DNA of 64,000 nt from assembly GCF_036365525.1 (NCBI RefSeq), contig NC_090412.1, forward strand, positions 6,924,123 to 6,988,122, read 5' to 3'. Under the pieces are notes generated by a model. It did no database searches and had not been told where the DNA came from. It saw only the letters and a list, made by a program, of their open reading frames with translations. This DNA comes from Heterodontus francisci. Lineage: Eukaryota. How positions within the stretch are numbered: position 1 is the first letter of the stretch; each line of letters starts with the position of its first letter. The translations under genes and the position numbers were made by a program. Below are positions 33,631 through 45,212 of this stretch, piece after piece.

Positions 33631-34648
33631 TGTGGAGATCTTCCAATGCCGGAAGAAGTTGCAGAGATAGCGAGGGCCTTGGAGGAATTTGAAAACGGGG
33701 GTGGAAGGTTATCGGGGGTAGGTGGAAATGTGGAGTAATCAGTTCAGCTGTGAACTTATTGAATGGCGGAGCAGGCCCGAAGGGCCGAGTGGCCTACTCC
33801 TAATTCGTATGTAAAATCAAGGTGTTGCTAGACCAGGAGCCAATGTAGGTCAGCAAGCACAGGAGGGATGGGTGAATAGGACTTGGTGCAAGTTGGAAAA
33901 TATGGGCAGCAAAACTTTGGATGAGCTCAAGTTTATGGAGTCTGGAGGCCATCCCTTAAACAGCTGCAGCTAGCGTGGCACAATTTCTGTGTTGTAGTTA
34001 GTCTTTCGGAAACAAATCTTTCGCAGAGTTAGAGAAACAGGTACCACGAAGCCAGGAATGCTGACTGCTTGCTGGGTTACAGTTTCACAGGCATTGGAAT
34101 CCCTCTGGTACCTTATCCAAGTGATCATAAATAACCAGCTAATTAGTATGGAAATGGTTCAATCATATCGTTCGCTTGTCAAAAAAGCTTATAACAAAAG
34201 TTATAACAAACATGTATAAAGTTTCAAAAGTTTATAACATTATTTTTGAGGCTGATATTAAGTTTTTTTTTCCTCCTTGACGTGTTAACTCCTTTCTGGC
34301 ACTGTGTCCCAAATGGCCATCCTTCTTGTGTGAGCTTCAACAGTAAGTATAGCCAGTCCGTGTGAACAACACACTAGCGAGCCCAATCTGATCACCTTGT
34401 GCTGGTTTCTAAGTGGGCATCAGGAGCAGAACCCCTGGCCAACTCTTCCCATCCTTAATCCACCAACACTGTTGCCAATTATAGCCTCCCTACTGAGGTC
34501 AGACAACTTGGCTCAGATCAGGCTACAACCCCAGAGACTTCTGATCCTTGATTTCTCACCTTTACTGTCCTGCTAGTGATTAGACCAGTAAAGTTGGTAC
34601 AGGTTGAAAATGTGTTTTCTTTTAACTCTTCCCTGTGTTTACCTTCAG

Positions 34649-34779
34649 CTGCCTTGTGTTAAAGGGAAGAGTGTTGTTTGCTACAAAGGAGAATTCAGCC
34701 TACGATGTTGCAGTGGTGGAACTGGAAGACGACCTACCGGCTGTTGAACCACCTGCTATTGCTTCTGGGTTTAGCACAG
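34649..34779 (+). CDS. TYSND1: TYSND1 exon 2 (copy 1; catalytic Asp, YDVAVV)
   Basis: ccttcAG|CTGCC ... CACAG|GTAAGG; 131 nt; phases match exons 1 and 3. Confidence 0.93.
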
Positions 34780-36124
34780 GTAAGGAAAGGATAAGGAAGG
34801 TAAAGAGGTTTACTTAAGGAATCACAGAATTGTTACAGCACAGAAGGAAGCCATTCAGCCCTTCATGGCTGTGCTGGCTCGCCGAAAGAGCAATTTACCT
34901 AGTGCCGCACCACGCCTTCTCCCCGTAGCCCTGCACATTCTTCCTTAAATTATTAAAAATAACCTAATAGCCAGAATTTCAGAAACTATATGCTTTAGGA
35001 CCAAACATTCTATGTTCTATAAATTCACTTCTTAATTAACAATTAGCATTTATTAAGTTCTCTTAATGTAGTGAGGTTTTGATTCGTTGAGGATCTGCAA
35101 TAAGTGATTTTTTTTAAACATCTGTCTGATTATTTCCTTTTGCTTTGAGTTATGGAGTCACTGTCAATTTTTTTTTTACAAATTCTTATTTATAGATCCA
35201 GTTTTTTATGGGTCTGTGAGTGTGCTGTTGAGATAATGGATTGGAAATTAGTACAAAAATCCAGCAACTAACTCACAGGCTTGCAATTAAAATGGCAATG
35301 ATATGGAAACTGCTACATATTGGCTGAAGTACATGTAACACTCTCCCAGATGTGTACAGTGTCATGTTCCACACTGTTGACACACTTAGCTCCTGATTGT
35401 GAGACAGGGCGATCCGCTGAGTAAGTGCACCAGTGGGCCAGAGACAATGTGTATCTTAAAGCATGACATTGCATTGTAAGTAATGAGGGACAAAGGCATC
35501 CAGCAGGGTTTGATAAAATGTTATCTTCCTGTCACTGTCTGAGAACCCATTTATACAGGGGAGTGTTTGTTGTCTGTTAATAAATGTAAACTTTAACAGG
35601 GCAGATTGCAGCGTTTTTTTGTAAAAAGGCGTGGGATTGATTTGAGAGAAAGGTTCTGTGTGGTTAAAGCAGAGTTTGTGCTAAACCTACAATGCATATT
35701 TTTTCAGGGTGAGGAAGGTTGGTGTTGGGGAATGAAATGCTTTGAATATTTTTAACCCAGGGCTGTGTATAACACTGGCTAGGCAGAGATTACAGTTCAA
35801 CTTTAGTTCAAAAATGCCATTTAGAATTGCAAATCCCAACTGCAGACTCAGCATGAAAAACTGTGACTGTCTGCTGCCGGGGTAAGAGCTGGATTTAAAT
35901 ACCAGCAGCCAGGTCACGGACACCAGTCCCCCTGAATCCAAATTAAAACACGGCTGTGCAAAATGGCCTTGAGTATGGAGCCCAGCAATGTACATAATGC
36001 TAGGCTGAAATCAACACCGTTATTACATTGCGTTGCATTCCCCAGCACCTCAGCTAAGTGGGCCTCCCTCTGACAGCAGTGTTACGTAGTGTAAATTACT
36101 CGCAGAACCACAAGAATGTAAGAA

Positions 36125-36955
36125 AGAAGAAAGACTTGAATTTCTATATAACGCCTTCCACAAACTCAGGATGTCGCAAAGTGCTTTTACAGCTTTTTGA
36201 AGTGTAGTCACTGTTGAATGAAATGCGGCAGCAAGTTTGCACACAGCAATCTCCCGCAGACAGCAGTATGATAATGACCAGATCATCTGTCAAATATTGC
36301 CCAGGACAACAGGAAGAACTCATCTTAAAATAGTGCCATGGAATATTTTACATCTACAAAGCAGCCCGCTTGAACAGTACCCCATCCACCACCTTAAACA
36401 TTCACTCCCTCCATCACCGGTGCACAGTGGCATCAGTGTGTACCAGCTACAAGATGCACTGCAGCAACTCACCAAGCCTCCTTTGACAGCACCTTCCAAA
36501 CCCGTGACCTCTACCACTTAGAAGGACAAGGGCAGCGGACGCATGGGAACACCACCACCTGCAAGTTCCCCTCCTTGCCACACACCATCCTGACTTGTCG
36601 TTATATATTGTCGTTCCTTCACTGTCGCTGGGTCAAAATCCTGGAACTCCCTCCCTAACAGCACTGTGGGTGTACCCACCCCTCACGGACTGCAGCGGTT
36701 CAAGAAGGCAGCTCACCACCACCTTCGCAAGGCCAGTTAGGGATGGGCAACAAATGCTGGCCTGGCCAGTGAGGTCCACATCCCATGAAAGAATAAAAAA
36801 AAACCTGAGAGGCATCAGTTTAGGGCAGCACCTACGACAGTGCAGCCCTCCCTCAGTACCTTTGATTTTTGTGCTCAAGTCCTGGAATGGGACTTAAACC
36901 CACAACTTTCTCACTCAGGAGGTGAGAGTGCTACCCACTGAGGCACAGCTGACAA
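36125..36955. mobile_element. DeuSINE-like SINE (- strand) split by a + strand CR1-clade 3' end (about 36360-36805)
   Basis: SINE halves at 36125-36355 and 36806-36955; the insert is the reverse complement family of 32767-33200. Confidence 0.65.
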
Positions 36956-37734
36956 CTAATGTAGGTTTAATTTCTGGGTTAAAGTTGCCTGTCAGAATAG
37001 AGAAAACATGGCAAAGCCAGCTTAGCTGGTTGCTCTCTCAGTCTCTGTGATAATGGGGAAGGGCCGTATACATTGTGAGACCAGCTCCCAGCGTGGACTG
37101 TGAAGAGTGGGACAACAATGACTGAGTTTGCTGACCTGGAACAGGTACTTAGAAGCTCAAAAATAAACCCACCTGATAACCAGTCATGTGCTGCATGCTG
37201 AGATCAGGCTGCTTCAGTTTCCTTGCATCTGTTAGGAAGGGGATTTTCTTCCTGTCATCCCATGTGGGATGCTGTTGTTTGCTGATAGCACTGTCACCTT
37301 CCGAAGGTTGTTAGTTCAAATCCCACTCCAGGACTTGAGCACAAATTTGTGATTAACTCCAGGGCAGCAGCTGAGGGAGTGCTGCACTGTTGCTGGTGCT
37401 GATGTTTTAACGAGGTGCCCTAATTAACACCAAAAACAGGTAAACTGCTTGTTTATCGTGCTTCTTTGCATGGGATCCTGCTGTGTTCATATGGGCTGCT
37501 TTTGGTTCTTGTACACGTTTCAAACAACTTCACTGCGTGTGAAGTGTTTTGAGATTTTTTTTAACGATGAAGCACTGTATGAACGCAAAGCTCTCCTTTC
37601 GCTAGATACTATCTCGCTAAGCAAGCTCTGTCTATTGTATGAATGGGAAATAATGTTACACAATGAGATAATACTTGGGTTAAAGGTAATTAGACTGGCG
37701 GAAGATGGGATCTGGTGTTTCTGTTTACATAAAC

Positions 37735-39465
37735 GATTAGGATTTGGGAATCAAAAGTACAATTTCAAAATTTGCAGATGACACCAAATTGGGGGACATG
37801 TGGGGGAGGGGGGGAGGTATAGTTAAAACTGAAGAAGAATGCGACAAAATACAAAACAACGTTAATAAACTTGTGGAATAAGTTTGTAAATGGTAAATTA
37901 ATTTCAATATAGATAAGTGTGAGGTGATACATTTTGGTAGGAGTAAGGAGATCACGTACTCCTTGGGGAAACAAGAATATAAATGGGGCAGAGGAACAAA
38001 GGATCACAGCATCACAGAATAATACAGTGCAGAAGAGGCCCATCGAGTCTGCACCGATGCATTAAAGACACCTGACCTGTCTACCTAATCCCATTTGCCA
38101 GCACTTGGCCCATTGCCTTGAATGTTATGACGTGCTAAGTGCTCATCCAGGTACTTTTTAAAGGATGTGAGGCAACCTGCCTCTACCACCCTCCCAGGCA
38201 GGGCATTCCAGACCGTCACCACCCTCTGGGTAAAAAAGTTCTTCCTCAAATCCCCCTTAAACCTCCCGCCCCTCACCTTAAACTTGTGACCCCTCGTAAC
38301 TGACCCTTCAACTAAGGGGAACAGCTGCTTCCTATCCACCCTGTCCATGCCCCTCATAATCTTGTACACCTCGATCAGGTCACCCCTCAGTCTTCTCTGC
38401 TCCAGCGAAAACAACCCAAGCCTATCCAACCTCTCTTCATAGCTTAAATGTTCCATCCCAGGTAATAGGACACATTTAGAAATCTTTTAACAGTAATACT
38501 GCAGGTTAACAAGGCCATAAAAAAGGGCAAACCATACTCCGGGATCCTTTCTAGAGGAACAGAATTTAAAAAGTAGAGAAATTATGTTAAACTTGTACCG
38601 AACTTTGGTTAGAGCATGCTTAATTCTGGTCTCCATATTATAAAAAAGGATATAGATGAACTGGAGAAGGCGCAGAAATAATTTACAAGGATGATATCAG
38701 AGCTGTGAGTTTATAACTACCAGGAAAAATTAAACAGACTGGTGGTTATCAGATAGTCTGCCTAAGATTTAATTCCATTGACTGCAGTGACTCTGAATAT
38801 CAGCCCCTGCTTAGAACTGGCGGCTGTGCTGATACCGTCCGTTTCACTCCACCGGCCGAGACACATTTCTAGCCTTGAGGTTCTTTTCTCTGGAAAAGAG
38901 AAGGCTGAGGGGGTGACCAAACAAAGGTCTTTAAAATTATGTGAGGGGGGTTGATCTGGTCGCTGTCGGGGAGCTGTTTCCACTTGTGGGTAAAATCCAA
39001 AAGTAGCTGAGGGAGTGCTGCACGGTCTGAGGTGCCAGTATTTGGATGAAATGTTAAACCGAGTTTTGTCTACCTGTTCTACTGGTTCAAGTAGAATCAA
39101 AGATCCCACGGCATTTTTTAACTAAAATGTCAACAAAATGTCAAATGGTCCATAGCGTCAGTACGTGCAGCGCCAGTATAATTTTCAGGAAGTCCACTGC
39201 ATTTTTATTACTGTCCGAGCTCCTGTCATAAGTATAAGATAGTCACTAATAAATCCAATAAAAAATTCAGCAGAAACTTGCTACCACAGGGGGTGGTTGA
39301 GGTGACTAGTGTAGATGCATTTAAGGGGAGGCTAGATAAGCATATGATGGAAAAAGGAATAAAGGGTTATGCTGATTGGGTGTGGTAAAGCAGGGTGGGA
39401 GGATTCATGTGGAGTATGAACCAGTTGGGCTGAATGGCCTGTTTTTGTACTATGAATTCAATGCA
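37735..39465 (+). mobile_element. Old CR1 RT/3' fragment interrupted by several insertions
   Basis: ISKFADDTKLGG at about 37760-37795, continuing after 38464 to a CR1 3' UTR near 39460. Confidence 0.7.
38003..38462 (-). mobile_element. Young 5'-truncated CR1 nested in older CR1
   Basis: MEHLSYEERLDRLGLFSLEQRRLRGDLIEVYK...FFTQRVVTVWNALP. Confidence 0.9.
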
Positions 39466-39500
39466 ATGCCTTCAGTGAAGATGTGTCTCTTTGCCAACAG

Positions 39501-39686
39501 GAGAGGATGTCTGTGTCATTGGCTACGGGGTGTTTGGCCACACCTGTGGGCCGTCAGTGACAGCTGGGATTCTATCTGCTGTCATCACTGTGGACAACCA
39601 GCCTGTGATGCTGCAGACAACCTGTGGAGTTCACGCTGGGGCCAGTGGTGGGCCTGTCATCAGAACAAGCAATGGAGAGTTGCTGG
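39501..39686 (+). CDS. TYSND1: TYSND1 exon 3 (copy 1; catalytic Ser, GASGGP)
   Basis: caacAG|GAGAGG ... CTGG|GTAGGT; 186 nt; GEDVCVIGYGVFG...MLQTTCGVHAGASGGPV. Confidence 0.96.
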
Positions 39687-39817
39687 GTAGGTTGGATGTC
39701 ATCGCCTAATGGTCGGAGTTTGTAGAGGACACCTTTGAATGAACTATTTGAAGCAGAACGCAAGTGTTTTTCCCGGTGTCTTGCCCAATATTTATTCCTC
39801 AATCAACATCATTTAAA

Positions 39818-39858
39818 AAAGTTCTGAAGAAGGGTCACTGACCTGAAACGTTAACTTT
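39818..39858 (+). ncRNA. Putative minimal type I hammerhead ribozyme
   Basis: Stem I AAAGTT/AACTTT, core CTGAAGA(+A), stem II GGGTC/GACCT, GAAAC-GTT with palindromic AACGTT. Confidence 0.6.
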
Positions 39859-39956
39859 GCTTCTCTCTCTAGAGATGCTGCCAGACCTGCTGAGTACTTC
39901 CAGCGTTTCTTGTTTTTATTTCAGATTTCCAGCATCCGCAGTATTTTGCTTTTATT
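39818..39956 (+). mobile_element. Penelope-like terminal fragment nested in a DeuSINE-like SINE (about 39760-40100)
   Basis: Same family as 18715-18850; SINE sequence CCTCAATCAACATCA...AGATTATCT is split around it. Confidence 0.65.
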
Positions 39957-40277
39957 AAAAAAAGATTATCTATTCATTGCTGTTTGTGGGATCTTGCTGT
40001 GTGCAAATTGGCTGCTGCATTTCCTACATTACAACAGTGTCCACACTTCCGAAGTACTTCCTTGGCTGTAAAGTGCTGAGGTTGTGTCAGTCTTTTATTT
40101 TTTCTTAAGTAGTTAATGCCAGGTTACCCCCTAGTTCTGCAGTACCACCATTCTCCTCCTTGCCTCCCGTGTTGGAAGTTTTTGCTGTTTTTGTGCTAAT
40201 GGCATCTTTAACATTTCTGCTTCATTTAAATGTAGAAGCATCGTTCAGTGTCAAACTTATGTCATCTTTCCATACAG

Positions 40278-40495
40278 GGATTGTATCCAGCAATGCCCGA
40301 AACAACAGTGCAGGAGCCACCTATCCCCACCTAAACTTCAGCCTTCCTATCACAGTGCTGCAGCCTCTGCTTTCTGCCTACAACCAGACGAGGGACGTTG
40401 GGGTTTTTGAGGGCCTAAACAAAGCCAGCGATCGACTGCGTGCACTTTGGAGACTCCAGGGCAGCTTCTCATCCTCTCCAAAGAGCAAACTGTAA
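40278..40495 (+). CDS. TYSND1: TYSND1 exon 4 (copy 1; ends in PTS1 SKL)
   Basis: atacAG|GGATTG ... AAACTGTAA; 218 nt; GIVSSNARNNSAGATYPHLNFSLP...PKSKL*; exons sum to 1755 nt = 584 aa; AATAAA at 40896 and 41003. Confidence 0.96.
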
Positions 40496-41344
40496 CTGAG
40501 AGGTCACGGAGGATTTAGGTTTGACCTCTCGTTGTAGGTCCCAGAAACTGTTGGGAGATTAATTCAATAGAGTTGAAAATGACAGGAGTTCACTGGCTCC
40601 TTTATATAATGATCTGGAATATACTTGAACTCAATATTCATAGATACCCTGATCTAAGTTAAACAGGTCCCTAAATCTTAAATCTAAGAAACAGAGGAAT
40701 AATTACAAGGCAGTATTCTCATCCTCGATGCTAGGATGATGATTATAAACTGCTTGCACTTTGTGTTCTTGGTGTTCAGTGTGACTTGAATCTTTCAAAA
40801 AGATTGTTGCTTGGGCTCTGAATATTTTGCATAAAATGCTGCCATCTAGCTCTGTTGAGAGCAATCTACCATTGTAACTTTGGCTGGCATAACGAAATAA
40901 AACATTCCTTCTAATCACATGACAGTGAGCATAATCCCAGTTATATCAGGAATTACAGAAGATTGTGAACCTCTAACAATCTGATTAAAACAAGTGAAAC
41001 TGAATAAATGTCACCAAATAGTTTTCTGTCCATATGTCCTGGCTTCCTATAACTCTTTCAGGAGGTGATAGATATGGTTGATGGGGGAAATGCAGTGGAT
41101 GTGGTGCACGAAGCCTCAGAAAGCCTTTGACAAGGTATCACACAATGGAGAAAATTAAGGTGTATGGAGGGTAGCAAATTAGATTGAAAGCTAGTCAGTA
41201 GGGAACCAATCTTGAACCAATCCAATAGGAAGGATCAGCCATGGCTACCATCATAATTGGAAGCAGGTTGCCTGCTGCGTGATAGAAACTTACCACCACA
41301 GAAGGAGGCCATTCAACCCATCTTGCCTGTGCTGGCTTGGCACA

Positions 41345-41790
41345 GCTGATGGTGTTCTTATCTCTGAATCAGGTGTTTGGTTCACACCATCGACTTGAGC
41401 ACATATCCAGGCTGGCACTCCAAAGCAATGCTGAGGGAGTGCTGCACTGTCTCAAATGCCAGTATTTGGATGAAATGTTAAACTGAGGTTTGTCTACCTG
41501 TTCTACTGGCTGAAGTGGAAATCAAAGACCCCACGGCATTTTTTTAACAAGAGCAGGTAATTTGCCTGCTGATCCAGACAACAAAATGTCATGTGGTCTA
41601 TAGCATCGGTACGTGCAGCACCAGTATAATTTTCAGGTAGTCCACTGTATTTTTATTACTGTCCGAGCTCCCAGCTGTATTATTCCTTCCTCAACTGAGC
41701 ACCATCATGGCTGCTCACCTCATTGTTACTGGGGCATCTTATAATGGCTATACTTCAAAAATGTTATTGCACGTTGAGGTGTTTATAAGC
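41345..41790 (+). mobile_element. Degenerate DeuSINE-like SINE with an internal non-SINE insert
   Basis: GACTTGAGCACAT...GCTGAGGGAGTGCTGCACTGTC...GATGAAATGTTAAAC. Confidence 0.55.
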
Positions 41791-41809
41791 TTTCAAGCTT
41801 CCAAGAGAT

Positions 41810-42270
41810 TCCTGGGATGAGGGAATTGTCGTATTAGGAGAGTTTGAGTAGACCACATCCATATTCCCTGGAACTTAGAAGAATGAGAGGTGATCTCATT
41901 GAAACATCTTAAAATTCTTAAAGGACTTGACCGGGTAGATGCTGGGAGGCCGTTTTCCCTGTCCGGGGAGTCTAGAGCTAGGCGGGGTCACAGTCTCAGA
42001 TTAAGGGGTTGTCCGTTTAGGATTGAGATGAGGAGAAATGTCTTCATTCAGAGGGTTGTGTATCTTTGGAATTCTCTACCTCAGAGAGCTGCGTATGTTC
42101 AGTCATTCAATATATTCAAGATGGTGATCAATAGATTTTTGGATACTAAGGCAATTAAGGGATATGGGGATAGTGTGGGAAAATGGAATTAGAAGATCAA
42201 CCATGATCTTATTGAATGATTGAGCAGGCTCAATGGGCCAAATGGCCTCCTTGGCTCCTGTTTCTTATGT
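41810..42270 (+). mobile_element. CR1 3' fragment
   Basis: ORF KILKGLDRVDAGR.F...RRNVFIQRVVYLWNSLP plus 3' UTR. Confidence 0.85.
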
Positions 42271-43880
42271 GAAGTGTTCTGAGACATGGTGCTAAATAAC
42301 TTAAGTTTTCTTGCAGCTTGAGATAAACTAAGGGGAAAATAATCTACTCTTGATTCAAAGTTGCTCAATTCAAATTATTGGATACTTCCATTTATTTGGC
42401 ATTAAGAAAACAACTTTGAATTACTTGGAACAGAAGTAATTCCTCTATCAATACCTTTGGATCTTAGCCAGAAGTTGGATTTGGTGTTCACTTTATTTTT
42501 GAAATGTTTCAAAGAAATTCAGTGTCCCAAAAACCCTGCCATATAGTCCCAATGGGTGATCAGTAAATGTGCCAGCCAATGTGATACTGCCCTATACATG
42601 GTACAAGACCCTAGATTCAGTCCACCAATTCGCTAGATTACCACCAACATTTGGCCACAACCCCACAGGCTATGGTCAAACTGCTGATGATGTCTTGTCT
42701 GTATCATTTGGTGATTTAGCAGGCACTGCCTTCCCCCACTGTCAGGGAAGTTTCTCATTTGGGTATTAGCAGAACACTGTTTTAGAACAGCTGGTTCCTT
42801 CTTAACAGAAAGTTTAGCATACATTACCTATCCACAGAAACCATATTGTCAGGAGACCCAAACTAACCAATTAGATGATCCCTAGACTCACAACAGCAAC
42901 AACGTTTGGACCAATGATTCACTTCCTATCTTTGATAAGATGGCATATGGTCTATGCAGCCAACATACGCAGCATAATTTTCAAGGCACTATTCAAACTA
43001 TCCAAGCTCCTAGCTGTATTATTTATCTGCCTGAAGTTCCACAATTGTGGGAAATATTGGATAGAATATTCAAGGAGCAGCAAAAGGTGATTGTAATTTC
43101 ACTAATTTGGTTGTACCTATGCTGTGGTCATTAGGAGCCCAACTATTCATACTTTTTTCAATGTTCTTTTCCTTTGCCCTCTTCAACCACACCCACATGG
43201 CCATTATTGAGCCTGGACAACATACATTCATATAGCACTGTTAACATAGTAAAACAGTCCAAGGCACTTCACAGGAGCAATCAGTTTGACACTGAGCCAC
43301 ATAAGGAGATATCAGGAGGGGTGACCAACAGCTTGGTCAATGAATGCAACTGGGCTAGGGACTTATTGATGAGCTAGATGCCATGACCACCCTATGTACA
43401 TTTTGCAGTAGAGGGTGTAGTCGCTAGGAGTGGGTACAGTGACTGATTTCCTTTCCTTACCTCAGAGCTACAATCACAGTAACCTCCACACACATCAATA
43501 CTACTCACTGCATGCAATGTAGCCTCTTGCTAAACTGCTTGGGATTGTTTTACAAAAATTGTTTTTATGGAAGTTCCCATAAACTTGAGTTTTATTTGTT
43601 TTTATATTAACATGACTTTGTTCTAAGAGACTGGGTTGGCCTGGTGCAGGTTTATGAATAATCCACACAACTATTTCAAGTTAACGACCTGGGAAAAAAT
43701 GCAATATCTTCATAAAAATCAAACAGCTGTTCTCAGTGAAAAGTTAAAGGAGGTACTGGTACAATTCTCTGGAGAGAAGTGTCTTGAGCTCACTTGAACA
43801 ATATTTTACTTGATGCCTTAGCCCTTCTACAGAAAATCTTTCCCTACACAGTGGTTTCTAGGTGGCTATAGTTTCTGGTG

Positions 43881-44053
43881 GTACTTTTCAATTGTGCTGG
43901 TTTGAGGGTAAACTACAGCCCATCCCCTTTCCATATCTACTGTATACTGTTCTTAAATCAGATACTGTACTTTTCAATTGTGCTGGTTTGAGGGTAAACT
44001 ACAGCCCATCCCCTTTCCATATCTACTGTATACTGTTCTTAAATCAGATACTG
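43881..44053 (+). repeat. Perfect 86-bp tandem duplication
   Basis: 43881-43966 is identical to 43967-44052 (GTACTTTTCAATTG...AAATCAGATACT). Confidence 0.95.
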
Positions 44054-44117
44054 GCCAGCACTGAAGGCAACAAACCCACTAACAGTTCCCAAGAACCACC
44101 AGAGACTGGGTCTACAT

Positions 44118-44340
44118 AACTTGCATTTATATAGTACCTTTAATGTTGTAAAATATCCTAAGGTGCTTCACAGGAGATTGATCAAACACAAATTAACACT
44201 GAGCCAAATGAGACATTAGGGTATGTGACCCACAGCTTGGCCACAGAGATTTAAGGAGGGCTTTAAAAGTATGAAATGGAGGCAGAGGAGTTTAGGGAAG
44301 GAACTGCAGAGCTTGTGGCCTAGATGGCTGAAGAACTAAA
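44118..44340 (-). mobile_element. L2 LINE 3' end
   Basis: AACTTGCATTTATATAGTACCTTTAATG...GCCTAGATGGCTGAAG; same family as 32500-32766. Confidence 0.6.
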
Positions 44341-45212
44341 CTAGAAGCTAGGTCAGGCAGTTTATATTTAAGGGAAGGCATCAGCAAAAGAACTGTAGAC
44401 AAGCCAACAACTGTAGATTTACTTTATGCTGCTCAGTTTAATCAGCATCAGACTCTACCCATTACTTTTTGGGGGATTTTCAACTCAAGCAATTGGTCTG
44501 AACTGTTGGAGCAGTTTCACACAACAGCCATTATCCAGCACCTCAGAGGGCATTCTTAATCTGGGCATCTAAACAATTTGCAGCCTCTAACATTGGCAAG
44601 TATCACAGCAAATCCATTCCTACCCAGATTAATGGCTCCCAAACTGCAATCAGCTAACTCAGTTTAGACCTTAAAACATGAACTCAATTTTAACTGTTGG
44701 GTTGGGGGATGGTGTGTTTGTGATGGTAGTTGAGGGAGAGTGCCAGTCCAAGGGTCCAGAGTGGTGGTTCGTGGGAACTGTTGATTTTTGTGAGCCTCAA
44801 TTACTTATTCCAGACCAACTCCTGTCAGAACCTGAGGAATTCAAGTGGCTTGTCATTGAGGTCCTGCAAGAAGGATCCCTTGCACAAGATGTCAATTGAC
44901 AAACTCTGGAATCCCCATTAAGGAATATTGGGGCTGGAGATGGTTTAAAAAAAAGCCTAGGGCAGGCCCAGTCTGAGATTACCTTGTGGGGCTCAGAACA
45001 TTCCCGCTCCTATCACACAACCAAATTTGCCTCGGTTTGTGACAAGCTTGGCCTTCTGGCAATCCAACACTTAAATCATCTGCTCAGGGCTTAAGTGTCA
45101 TCAATGCCTGCAATTTTAGATTGCACGTTCCATTAGTACCCAAACCTCGTCAGCCAGATTGGAGCTGGAAAAGAATGGGGATGTCTCACTCTTGTATTTC
45201 TGCTAGGCTTGT

